NCBI GenBank assembly: GCA_963422365.1
Contig: OY729426.1
Coordinates: 800,001-864,000 of the forward strand
DNA length: 64,000 nucleotides
Direction of reading: 5' to 3'
DNA from: Nitrospirales bacterium
GTDB taxonomy: Bacteria; Nitrospirota; Nitrospiria; Nitrospirales; UBA8639
Shown here piece by piece: positions 9,841-18,562 of the stretch (its first letter is position 1; each line of letters starts with the position of its first letter). The notes under the pieces are model-generated. The model worked only from the letters and a program-made list of their open reading frames with translations, was not told the DNA's origin and did no database searches. Position numbers and translations under genes: made by a program.

Positions 9841-12354
9841 TTAGAAGAACCACTGGGTGCGGAAGAAAATAGAGCGCGGCATGTTGGCATGGGACACGCC
9901 GAGCCCAATACTCTGTTCCCCGATATTCAATAACTCCTGCTGATCCAGGAGATTGATCACATCCAGGGCAAGCACCAGCTTTTGTTGCTTGGCAAAGGGC
10001 AGCACCTGAGTCATGGAGAGATTATACGTGGTATTCGAATCTGCATGCCCCGAATTGGTTTTGGCGCCTGGTGCCGCGCTTCTCAGCCCGGACCCATACA
10101 GCATCTGCCAGGTGATCGTGGTGGTGGAAAAGGGACGATACGTGACCACCGCTGAGCTCGTCATTGTTTGTGAATGATCGCAAAACACGCCTTCACTCGT
10201 TCTGATATCGTCCAGTTCCTCTTCGTGGAACAAAAAGTGTCCCGATTGTAAGCCATACCCCTTGCATTGGCCCCAGGCCACGTTGCCGCGGGCCGTGAGC
10301 CTGTCCGTCAGCTTCGCGTTCAGGGCAACGTCGATCCCCCGTTGCCAGCCCCGTTCATACGCAAAATAATTCAGCATCGGCGTCGTATTGAATTGATGGG
10401 CGTCAGCTTGGTTGGTGTTGAGCTTGTAATAGCCCGTCACTTGGAGGACGGTCCTTGTCCCAAGTGCATGGGTCGAACCGAGTTCGAAATAATGCGACCG
10501 TTCAGGGTTGGCTTTGATATTGGTCGGATCCTCGGCCGCCGCTGTGGTGCCGGCGGCATTGAGGGCTTGAAAAGGCAGGGCCTCCAGATTGGGAGGCGTA
10601 AAGAGTCGCCCGTAGAACGCATGGAACGCATGCTGATCGTTGGGCGTATACGTGACACCCACGCGAGGACTGATTTGCATGGCATTAATGTACCCGTGAA
10701 TATGATCCAGGCGGAGACCCAGGTTCAAGGTCCAATGCTCGGTGGGCGTGAATTGATCCTGGATCCAAAACTCTTCCCGATACCCGATGATCCGCCGGTC
10801 GGCATTGCGGGTCAAGACCCCGCCCGTGGGGTGGCCATGGCCATGTCCCTCTTCATGCTCACCCCCATGCCCTTCTTCATATTCATCAGCGTGTTCTTCT
10901 CCATCTTCCTCATCATGTTCCTCTTCTTCACGACCAAACGCAAACAGCCGGGTTTTATTCGTTGCCTGTGTCCGGTCGAACTGGAACCCTGCTTTGATCA
11001 GGTGCCGGGGATTGAGCACATGGGTGTAATCGAGACGTACACCCCCGGCATAGCCCCACCGATCCTGATGGCCCGCTGAAAACGGTTCATCTGCGTCCCG
11101 GGTATAGGCCAGGACATGATAGGGATCGGTCGTGAACGTCGCCCGGCTATGTCGGAAGTAGCCGGCCACGCTAAAAAACTGGTTGGCATCCACATCATGG
11201 CGCCACACCAGATGGGAGTATTGGTTATGCTCTTGCTGGTTTTCATCAATCTCTGCCGAGGGCCTGGGCGTAAAATTCGGGGCGGTATTCTGGATCAATT
11301 CTGTTATCTCTTCGTTCGGTGCCTGACCAGGTTGCGTGGGAATTTCATAGTCCGCCACGCTATTCAAGAGCACCCAGGTCACGTTGTTGCGGTTGTTCAA
11401 TTGGTAATCACCCCGCAAGTAGGTCTGGTTTCGCTCGCCGTCGTTGTGAAAGACGGACTGTCCCAAGGTGGGAGGATCAATCCCCCGATTGGTTCTCGTA
11501 TAATTATTCATTGCATAAAATCGGAATCGCTCGCCCACGGTTCCGCCGTATTCAAAAGACGGCATCACGGATTGATTCGACCCGCCGAACACTTGGAGCG
11601 AACCAAAGCCCGACTTCGTTCCGCTTTTGCTGGTGATGTCGATCACCGCGGCTGTCCGATTTCCATATTGGGCTTCCATGCCTCCGAGAATAATGTCCGC
11701 CCGATCCCAGACTCGCGGGGAGAGCAAATCCGTAAACTGGCTCGTGACGGTATCCGGAATGGGCACACCGTCAATCCGGAATTGGAGATTCGCATGATCC
11801 TGCCGAATGTGGACTTGTTTGAGGCTGCCGTTGACTGCACCGGGAATGGTGAGTAAGACATCCGACAGATCCAGATTGTTACCCCGTGGCAGTTCTTCAA
11901 TGTCTTTCCGGCTGACGGAATAGGTCTCACTGGACGAGTTGGGCTTAATAGGAAGGAGCGGTGCCACGATTTCCAGGGCCACCTCCTGGGTCTCCGTCAG
12001 GGTCAACATGACGGGGACGGGCGACTCTCGGCCGACCTCAATTACCACGTGTTCACTCCGATAGGTGTCTTGAACGGCTTGGACGGAAAAGACGCCGGCA
12101 TATGGGACAACCAACGTAAACTCGCCTGCGTCGGTTGTTGATTCTGATGTGACCAGAATCCCTTCTTGATCCCGCAATTCCACGGTGACCTGCGCAACGC
12201 GCCGCAAATCCGCATTCTGCACGTACCCGAGAATCATCTGACTCTCTGCTGCAGAACCACGCTGTGGCACTCCCCAAAGCAGCGCCACGGCTACCCCGAC
12301 GATGAGCCATGACCGCCTTCTGCGCTGATTCGTTAATGGATCTCTGTCTGTCAT
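9841..12354 (-). CDS. TonB-dependent receptor with N-terminal carboxypeptidase-regulatory-like domain and a His/Glu-rich loop
   Basis: Signal peptide, plug motifs (IDGVPI, GGMEAQYGNRTAAVIDITSKSG), ISPRVG, NLLDQ, C-terminal aromatic WFF. Confidence 0.9.
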   Translation of the reverse strand: MTDRDPLTNQRRRRSWLIVGVAVALLWGVPQRGSAAESQMILGYVQNADLRRVAQVTVELRDQEGILVTSESTTDAGEFTLVVPYAGVFSVQAVQDTYRSEHVVIEVGRESPVPVMLTLTETQEVALEIVAPLLPIKPNSSSETYSVSRKDIEELPRGNNLDLSDVLLTIPGAVNGSLKQVHIRQDHANLQFRIDGVPIPDTVTSQFTDLLSPRVWDRADIILGGMEAQYGNRTAAVIDITSKSGTKSGFGSLQVFGGSNQSVMPSFEYGGTVGERFRFYAMNNYTRTNRGIDPPTLGQSVFHNDGERNQTYLRGDYQLNNRNNVTWVLLNSVADYEIPTQPGQAPNEEITELIQNTAPNFTPRPSAEIDENQQEHNQYSHLVWRHDVDANQFFSVAGYFRHSRATFTTDPYHVLAYTRDADEPFSAGHQDRWGYAGGVRLDYTHVLNPRHLIKAGFQFDRTQATNKTRLFAFGREEEEHDEEDGEEHADEYEEGHGGEHEEGHGHGHPTGGVLTRNADRRIIGYREEFWIQDQFTPTEHWTLNLGLRLDHIHGYINAMQISPRVGVTYTPNDQHAFHAFYGRLFTPPNLEALPFQALNAAGTTAAAEDPTNIKANPERSHYFELGSTHALGTRTVLQVTGYYKLNTNQADAHQFNTTPMLNYFAYERGWQRGIDVALNAKLTDRLTARGNVAWGQCKGYGLQSGHFLFHEEELDDIRTSEGVFCDHSQTMTSSAVVTYRPFSTTTITWQMLYGSGLRSAAPGAKTNSGHADSNTTYNLSMTQVLPFAKQQKLVLALDVINLLDQQELLNIGEQSIGLGVSHANMPRSIFFRTQWFF

Positions 12355-12405
12355 CGATCTTCCCTTCTCTCTCCCAATAATGTTGAATAATTCCGGCGTC
12401 TCTCC

Positions 12406-13296
12406 TCAGAGGAGCCTGCGGTGCTTCTGCACGGCCGGCTTGTGTTTTCTCTGGAGTAAGTGGACCGCCTGTTCACTGGCTTCTTTCACCAGGATCCCCA
12501 TCTTCGAATGGGAGGGTTCGAAGTCAATGGGGAAATGATGGTGACGGAGCCGATGACTGGTCATCGGGCCGATCGAGGCGACCATGGTTCTCCCTAGCGC
12601 GCCACGAAGGGCTGCGAGTTCATCGGTGGCGCTGAGCAGTTTTACGATATGATCGACTTGGGCCGCGCTCGTGAAGAACACGACAGACGCTTTTCCGTCC
12701 AAAATACTACGGAGAGTCCGTTTGAGGGGCTCCACGTCGTCAGGAAGGGCCCATCGGTACACAGACACACTTCTGACTCGTGCTCCCCGCTCGGTCAAAC
12801 CCTGTGCAAGGTCCTTGTTTACTCTACCGTATTCTTGAATGGCAACCCGGAATCCGGACAGTCCCTCAGGTTTGAAGGCATCCAAGGTGTGGAGGATATC
12901 CCGCCAAGTATTGGGTTCAGGCACGGTGAGGTGGGGCTTCAACCCCAACTCCTTTAAGGCCGCAACGGGTTTTGGCCCACGGCAAATGAGGGTTATCCTC
13001 GTCAGGGCTTGCCGGATCGTTTCGAGGGGAAACTGCGTTTTCCAGACGTCCACCAATGTCCTTGTCCCAACGCCCGTCAGCAAAATCAGCAGGTCAACGG
13101 CCCCCGCCATGAGGTGCTTCGCGAAGTCCAAGGCTTCTGTATGATTTTCCAAGGGAATCTCTTGTAAGGAGGAGGCAACCATGGGATTTCCTCCATGCCG
13201 GGCAATTAGCTTGGCCATGTGATCGCCCATCCGGCTTTCGAAGGCGGTGACGGTCATCCCGGCGAATCCACTTGTTGAGTCTGGTTCAGTGCTCAT
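12406..13296 (-). CDS. hemD: Uroporphyrinogen-III synthase
   Basis: AFESRM, LLTGVGT, RGPKP, VYRWALP, FTSAAQV and SIGPMTS motifs of the HemD family. Confidence 0.85.
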   Translation of the reverse strand: MSTEPDSTSGFAGMTVTAFESRMGDHMAKLIARHGGNPMVASSLQEIPLENHTEALDFAKHLMAGAVDLLILLTGVGTRTLVDVWKTQFPLETIRQALTRITLICRGPKPVAALKELGLKPHLTVPEPNTWRDILHTLDAFKPEGLSGFRVAIQEYGRVNKDLAQGLTERGARVRSVSVYRWALPDDVEPLKRTLRSILDGKASVVFFTSAAQVDHIVKLLSATDELAALRGALGRTMVASIGPMTSHRLRHHHFPIDFEPSHSKMGILVKEASEQAVHLLQRKHKPAVQKHRRLL

Positions 13297-13308
13297 GTTC
13301 ACTCTAAT

Positions 13309-13510
13309 AAGAGTTTCAAGCTTTTAAGAGTTTCAAGCTTTTAAAAGTTTCAAGCTTTTAAGAGTTCCAAGCTTTTAAGAGTTCCAAGCTTTTAAGAGTT
13401 CCAAGCTTTTAAGAGTTCCAAGCTTTTAAGAGTTCCAAGCTTTTAAGAGTTCCAAGCTTTTAAGAGTTCCAAGCTTTTAAGAGTTCCAAGCTTTTAAGAG
13501 TTCCAAGCTT
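13309..13510. repeat. Tandem repeat, 17-bp unit AAGAGTTCCAAGCTTTT, 11 full copies plus one 15-bp copy
   Basis: Read directly; the first three copies have TTTC instead of TTCC and the third also AAAAG; no spacers. Confidence 0.97.
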
Positions 13511-13675
13511 CTCCTGTCAAGTAAAAGAACCCTAGTATGAGGGTAACACACGGTCTGCACGGGACTCCAAGCATTCATCCCGGCATTGCTACCACTATCT
13601 ATTATCAGGCAAGCGTCATACGACGGCGCTATGACAAAGCCATACGGCCAGGCTCAGTATGCCATGCACGTTTTC

Positions 13676-13706
13676 TGGATTCCCGCTAGTACCAAGCGGG
13701 AATGAC
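13676..13706 (-). repeat. REP/dRS3-like palindromic element (GTCATTCCCGC...GCGGGAATCCA)
   Basis: TGGATTCCCGCTAGTACCAAGCGGGAATGAC; a related copy lies at 34607-34632. Confidence 0.6.
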
Positions 13707-13805
13707 GGAAGTCGGGCCGCATCTCATGCGTCAAATAAAATACCGACAGCAGGGGTTGCTCCACTCAGTGGGCCCCGTTAAGATGACCTCCTTGGATTTG
13801 GAACC

Positions 13806-14258
13806 ATGAGCAGCATGTCTGAGCAAGGCCGACAGGAGATTCCACAAGGGAGAGGCTTACGCCACGTTGCCTTGAACGTGACGAATCTGGAAACCTCGAA
13901 AACATTTTATCAAACCTGGTTTGGGATGACTATTGTCTGGGAACCTGATGCCGGGAATGTCTATATGAGTTCGGGGGTTGATAACGTGGCCCTGCATCAA
14001 ATTCCAACAGAGAACATTCCCGCTTACCAGCAGAGTCCTGGACAATGCCTTGACCATTTGGGGTTTGTCATGGATTCCCCTGACAGTGTGGACCGACTGT
14101 ATGAACAGGTTGTCAAAGAAGGCGTCGAGATTGTCCACCACCCGAAGCGACACCGGGACGGCAGTTATTCATTTTATCTTGCGGATCCTGACCACATTGT
14201 CATCCAAATTTTGTACGAACCCGCGATCAGTGCGGTTCGTTTTTCGACAGAAACGTAA
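13806..14258 (+). CDS. VOC/glyoxalase family protein
   Basis: LRHVALNV, LDHLGF and SFYLADPD...QIL motifs. Confidence 0.9.
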   Translation: MSSMSEQGRQEIPQGRGLRHVALNVTNLETSKTFYQTWFGMTIVWEPDAGNVYMSSGVDNVALHQIPTENIPAYQQSPGQCLDHLGFVMDSPDSVDRLYEQVVKEGVEIVHHPKRHRDGSYSFYLADPDHIVIQILYEPAISAVRFSTET

Positions 14259-14329
14259 GGGGTTGCCTTCTGCTCGGTTGTGGCATGACGTGATGGTGGA
14301 ACCCCGCACGAAGAAAGACGATTAGCTCT

Positions 14330-15952
14330 ATGGCTCTCTGGGATCGCGTCGGCCTCAATCAGTTTGTCGGGCTTCAGCCGTGGGTGTGGGTGCAACTGGA
14401 AAGCGCCGAGCCGCCGGGCCCCTTCCCTTTTATGGGCGGCGTGGACCCCGCGGTCGTGGCAAGTCTCCATGAAGTCCACGGAATCCTCATGAGTACGGTG
14501 GAAACGGCTATCAGTGATGTGTTTGCCCATCGAACCTTGGTCGATGATCCAGCCGTCAGTCGCCGGCTTGAGGATGCCTATGCGGAAGTGGTGCAGTCAC
14601 GACCACGGCTTCAGCAACATATTCGGTGTGGACGGAATCCTGACGGCACCTTTGAGTGGGAATTTCCTCACGATCGTCATAAGTCAGCGGTCATGCATTA
14701 CGCCGGTCTGCGCATTTTCAATGCGGTGAAACGGCAAGCGTTGCCGATAGGATTGGAGCGTCCGCTCTCACCTGGGGTAGGAAAACTGTTGGGCTGTTTA
14801 AATGGGACCCGCACCGTCTCGGAAATTCGCACGATTGCCATGGCTGCCGGTCGTGACGTTTCGCCACAGTTGCTTCATCTTCTTGAGCAACTCGACTCGC
14901 ACGAGTGTTTAGCCGTGACGGACCACTCCTCGGTTCGAACACAGTGGCTCGATGTCACCCGGGATCAAGAGACGGTTCATCTTGGTCATGCGGCCTTGAT
15001 GTACCGACAACGAGACCAGTTCCTCTGGTTTGATCCCTGGCTGATGCCCTGGTTTGCCGAATCTCCGGTCCCGTCACTGTGGACGTCGTTGTTGCCACAA
15101 CCAGCCGCCGTGTTCTGCACGCACGACCATGATGACCATGTCGATCCTCGCACGTTGCTGCACTTGCCGAAGGAAGTGCCGATGATCGTACCTAGCCGGA
15201 AAAACCGGAAGACGTTGTATTTCGATTATCTTTCCTTGATGCGAGAATTGGGCTTTACAAACGTCATTGAACTGGCGCATGGAGAATCCTGGAAATTTGA
15301 AGGGGGGCAGGTGGTATCGGTCCCGTTTTTCGGCGAGGATCCTTGCGACCTTGCGCTTCCACGAAATTGCTATTTGATCAGCGATCAAGGGCACAATACC
15401 TTGGTCCATGCAGACAGCGGTCCGACGAACGATGGGCATTCCGCTATTGAGGATGGGGTCATCGCCAGACTTGTGGAGCACTATGGTCCGATTACGACCG
15501 TCTATGCCTCCCAACAACAGTTGAAAGAAATTCGTTCTTACACGGCTCATGCGAGTTTGTCCCATCCCGGCAAGTGGTTGGAGGTGGGAGAAAACGGATT
15601 CCTGACCAATCACTATCTGTCGGATGTGATGCAACACGCCCAAGCCAGATTGTTCGTCTCGTATGCCACGGGTGGTGCCGATTGGTATCCGGACCATTTG
15701 TCGTTCATGTTTAGTCACCGCAATCCGGCCCGTACGGCGTTACTCACCGCCCACTGGGACCCCCCGGAGTCTCTGCGTGACGTGCTGGCGGCATCCGGCA
15801 GTCAGTACCATTATGGTCAAGCCTTAGACAGTGTTCGCGTGTCTGCGCCAGGCCAGGTTCAGGTGATCCGGAAAAACGAAGCCATCACGCCGCTCTTTCT
15901 CTATCAACTTGATCATGAGGTGCCCGCGTTCCTCAAAGGCGCTCACCGGTAG
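14330..15952 (+). CDS. MBL-fold metallo-hydrolase/oxygenase with a long N-terminal domain
   Basis: LGHAA, FDPW, THDHDDH (HxHxDH) and HADS motifs in the C-terminal ~330 aa. Confidence 0.8.
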   Translation: MALWDRVGLNQFVGLQPWVWVQLESAEPPGPFPFMGGVDPAVVASLHEVHGILMSTVETAISDVFAHRTLVDDPAVSRRLEDAYAEVVQSRPRLQQHIRCGRNPDGTFEWEFPHDRHKSAVMHYAGLRIFNAVKRQALPIGLERPLSPGVGKLLGCLNGTRTVSEIRTIAMAAGRDVSPQLLHLLEQLDSHECLAVTDHSSVRTQWLDVTRDQETVHLGHAALMYRQRDQFLWFDPWLMPWFAESPVPSLWTSLLPQPAAVFCTHDHDDHVDPRTLLHLPKEVPMIVPSRKNRKTLYFDYLSLMRELGFTNVIELAHGESWKFEGGQVVSVPFFGEDPCDLALPRNCYLISDQGHNTLVHADSGPTNDGHSAIEDGVIARLVEHYGPITTVYASQQQLKEIRSYTAHASLSHPGKWLEVGENGFLTNHYLSDVMQHAQARLFVSYATGGADWYPDHLSFMFSHRNPARTALLTAHWDPPESLRDVLAASGSQYHYGQALDSVRVSAPGQVQVIRKNEAITPLFLYQLDHEVPAFLKGAHR

Positions 15953-16037
15953 CAAGGAAGACTGTGCCGGGGTGGGACGAAAGCCAGCACTTCTTGCTGT
16001 TCAGCCTTTAATATGATAGGACTAACTCCTTTGTACG

Positions 16038-16796
16038 ATGGGAGGGCTTGTGATGACTGATCAATCAATTTCCGTGCCTGAGATTGGTCAGGAAGAGTCG
16101 TTTCCTGAGTGGGTCACTGTCGTTGGGGTAAAAGTTCGCGACCATGGTGAGGTCAAAGTGGCTCGGACTGCAGACCCCACTCTGAAGGCGGGGGACCATG
16201 TGCTCATGGAATTAGAGAACGATATGACCTATGGCACTGTCTTTTCCCCGCCCCATCCTCAACCGTTTCTCCCTCCTATGCGAGTGATGCGGAGTATTTT
16301 TCGGAAAGCGACGGCGGAAGACGAAACCGCGATTGCCCAGCAAAAAACCATGTCCGCCTCGGGTATAGCGTTCTGTCGAGAGCGGGCCCAGGCTTTGGGT
16401 TTGCAAATGAAGGTGGTCGAAGTGTACGGGGCGCTTCAGCGGCGGGCCATGACGTTTAGCTATACGGCAGACTCTCGCGTTGATTTTCGGCAACTCGTCA
16501 AAGACTTAGCGCGCCAGTTTAATTGTTGGATTGAAATGCGGCAAATTTCCAGCAGGGAGGAAGCTCGTCGGCTGAGCGGAGTCGATACCTGTGGACTTGT
16601 CCTCTGTTGCGCAAGTTTTCTCACGGATTTTAAACCGGTGAATCTCAAGTTGTCCCATCGTGAAGCGGCTTGGTCAAATGATTCGCATCGCCTCGGGGTC
16701 TGTGGACGATTGAAATGTTGCCTCATGTTTGAAAGCGAGGATTGGCCAGCCTCAAGGGCGCCTGGTCAACAACTCATTCAACCCACTCGATTGTAA
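16038..16796 (+). CDS. PSP1/RicT (YaaT) family Fe-S protein
   Basis: FSYTADSRVDFRQLVKDLA, IEMRQI, CGLVLCC and GVCGRLKCCL motifs. Confidence 0.9.
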   Translation: MGGLVMTDQSISVPEIGQEESFPEWVTVVGVKVRDHGEVKVARTADPTLKAGDHVLMELENDMTYGTVFSPPHPQPFLPPMRVMRSIFRKATAEDETAIAQQKTMSASGIAFCRERAQALGLQMKVVEVYGALQRRAMTFSYTADSRVDFRQLVKDLARQFNCWIEMRQISSREEARRLSGVDTCGLVLCCASFLTDFKPVNLKLSHREAAWSNDSHRLGVCGRLKCCLMFESEDWPASRAPGQQLIQPTRL

Positions 16797-16834
16797 TGGT
16801 CTCGGTTTGTTCGCAATCTCAAGAGGTGTTTCAG

Positions 16835-17254
16835 ATGAGTGTCCCACCTCGTTTTATCATCTACGCCCATAACGCGACCTATGACAAATTGCACCAAGTG
16901 GCGACTCTGGCCCTTACAGCCTCGGCCATGGGAAAAGATGTGGTGGTCGTGTTGTTGTTTTGGACCATTAAAAAACTCGCTGATGGGAACCTCAATCAAG
17001 TCGACTTTCCCCCGGAGTATGCCCGCTATCATGATGAAGTGGCCCGCTTGCTTTCCGAGCGAAAGGTTCCACTTATTTCGGAAATGCTGGAAGAGGCGAA
17101 GAAGGTGGGGAAGTTTCGCCTCATCGCGTGCAGCGCCGGGTTGGAATACATGGGAGTCGACTCGGATGCCGTGGCGCAACAAGTCGATGAGGTCATGGGT
17201 CTTCCCGCAATCCTGTCACTGGCCGCGGATGCGGAAACGACCCTGTTTATTTAG
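16835..17254 (+). CDS. DsrE/DsrF/DrsH-like protein
   Basis: TASAMGKDVVVVLLFW, LIACSAGLEYMG and C-terminal TLFI; GAGG RBS before ATG 16835. Confidence 0.8.
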   Translation: MSVPPRFIIYAHNATYDKLHQVATLALTASAMGKDVVVVLLFWTIKKLADGNLNQVDFPPEYARYHDEVARLLSERKVPLISEMLEEAKKVGKFRLIACSAGLEYMGVDSDAVAQQVDEVMGLPAILSLAADAETTLFI

Positions 17255-17329
17255 CCTGTTAGCCTGAATTTCGCAGGTGGGAATGTGATCCCTCATGAGA
17301 CCGAGACGCTCGCTGATGAGGATCAATAC

Positions 17330-17761
17330 CTAGTTTCTTTTTCTGATAAAGCGACCAGCAAGCCCAATGGCACTCGCGTCAGCAAGAATACCGGCCACCC
17401 ACTGCTGTCCATTCGTTGCCGGAAAGACGGCTGAGCCGATACAGGGCGCGGCTATCAACAATCCAAACCATTGACCAAGAAGAGTCTCTCTCGTCGCCAC
17501 CGTAAGGGCATCCCGCTCCCAATGGATGCGGTGTGCTTGCTCTTTTTCTGCCATTGTGAGTATACGTTCGGCACTGCCGGGTAACACGGTTTCATATCCT
17601 TGGTACATTGATGGAGGAGGCAGAGGCCCTGAAAATGAAGCGGCTTCAACGATGGAAATACGGACATTCTCCGGAAGTTTATCGAGAATCTCCTTTGGTG
17701 GCAGGTTGGATGACCCGATCTCTCGCGTTCTATCCTGATTTGATTGTCTCGGTTTCTTCAC
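17330..17761 (-). CDS. DUF2335 family membrane protein
   Basis: FSGPLPPP..YQGYE.VLPGSAERILTMAEKEQAHR followed by two hydrophobic segments; GTG 17761 chosen because it overlaps the upstream ORF end. Confidence 0.8.
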   Translation of the reverse strand: MKKPRQSNQDRTREIGSSNLPPKEILDKLPENVRISIVEAASFSGPLPPPSMYQGYETVLPGSAERILTMAEKEQAHRIHWERDALTVATRETLLGQWFGLLIAAPCIGSAVFPATNGQQWVAGILADASAIGLAGRFIRKRN

Positions 17762-17978
17762 TGAGATGCTCAAAAGCTCTATACATGTCGTGACCGATGT
17801 CATCGAGATCGAAAACTTGCTCGTCTTTGGGGTAGCGTGGCGGGTTGAATTCAGTCGGGCCGACGACACTCAAAGAACCAAGCGTCAGCCACGCGCCACG
17901 AGAGAACCTGCTGGGAAGAACACGAAGGACTCCTCGTGCGGGTGTCGATCGACGGAGATCTTTATAATGGTTATCCAT
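17730..17978 (-). CDS. Small hypothetical protein, likely partner of DUF2335
   Basis: 82-aa ORF overlapping the DUF2335 start, with FSRGAWLTLGSL...DDIGHDMYRAF pattern. Confidence 0.5.
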   Translation of the reverse strand: MDNHYKDLRRSTPARGVLRVLPSRFSRGAWLTLGSLSVVGPTEFNPPRYPKDEQVFDLDDIGHDMYRAFEHLSEETETIKSG

Positions 17979-17990
17979 CAGGAATTGCCT

Positions 17991-18408
17991 TTAGAAGTTC
18001 GAATGTCCCGGTGCGGTGTTGATATTCGTCACAGTGTCGTCAGCGTCGTATTCAATAGTTAAGGTGAAGGTGTCTCCAGTAAATCCTTCAATGGGACTTC
18101 CGATGATCTCCCAAGGCCCCCAAGGTCAGGACATCCATCGCGGCGTGGCCCAGTGCTCGGCCAGCAGACGGTTGATTGCCACGTTCGAGGTGAAACACAT
18201 CCGTCCGCTTTCCTTCTTTGGCGAAGGTTTTTGTGGGTTGTCCGACATTCAGCAGGACAATATCCCTGTTCTGGCCAATCTCCAAGGCACCGACATTCGG
18301 ATCGGGCTTCCCGGACATCGCCATCCCCACCGAGCAGGCTTGGAGGAAACAAGGAGAGAACGCGAAGAGGGTGAACAAAGCAAACCGTATAATGACGGGA
18401 GTCTGCAT
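17991..18408 (-). pseudogene. Frameshifted lipoprotein, paralog of 46467..46922
   Basis: LQACSV lipobox; a +1 shift near 18113-18121 restores WEIIGSPIEGFTGDTFTLTIEYDADD, matching the paralog WEIAGTIMEANEGRDITYEITYNPDG; span is 418 bp (3n+1). Confidence 0.8.
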
Positions 18409-18562
18409 GGATGATTATTCCGACTTGGATTTGTCAGGTTTGTGAAAGATAGCCAATATAGTATATGGAGAGAGCAATCTATGTCAAAAGCAAGCGTCCA
18501 GATCGTAACCCATGAAATTCCTTCACAAAACAATGGGTTACACATTTGATTGAGTGCCAGCC

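Noticed and set aside
10267..11856. Long plus-strand ORFs (270 and 246 aa) opposite the TonB receptor
   Set aside because: Antisense shadows with no recognisable motifs
13309..13510. Possible CRISPR array or plasmid iterons
   Set aside because: Units are directly adjacent with no unique spacers; no cas or rep gene in the window
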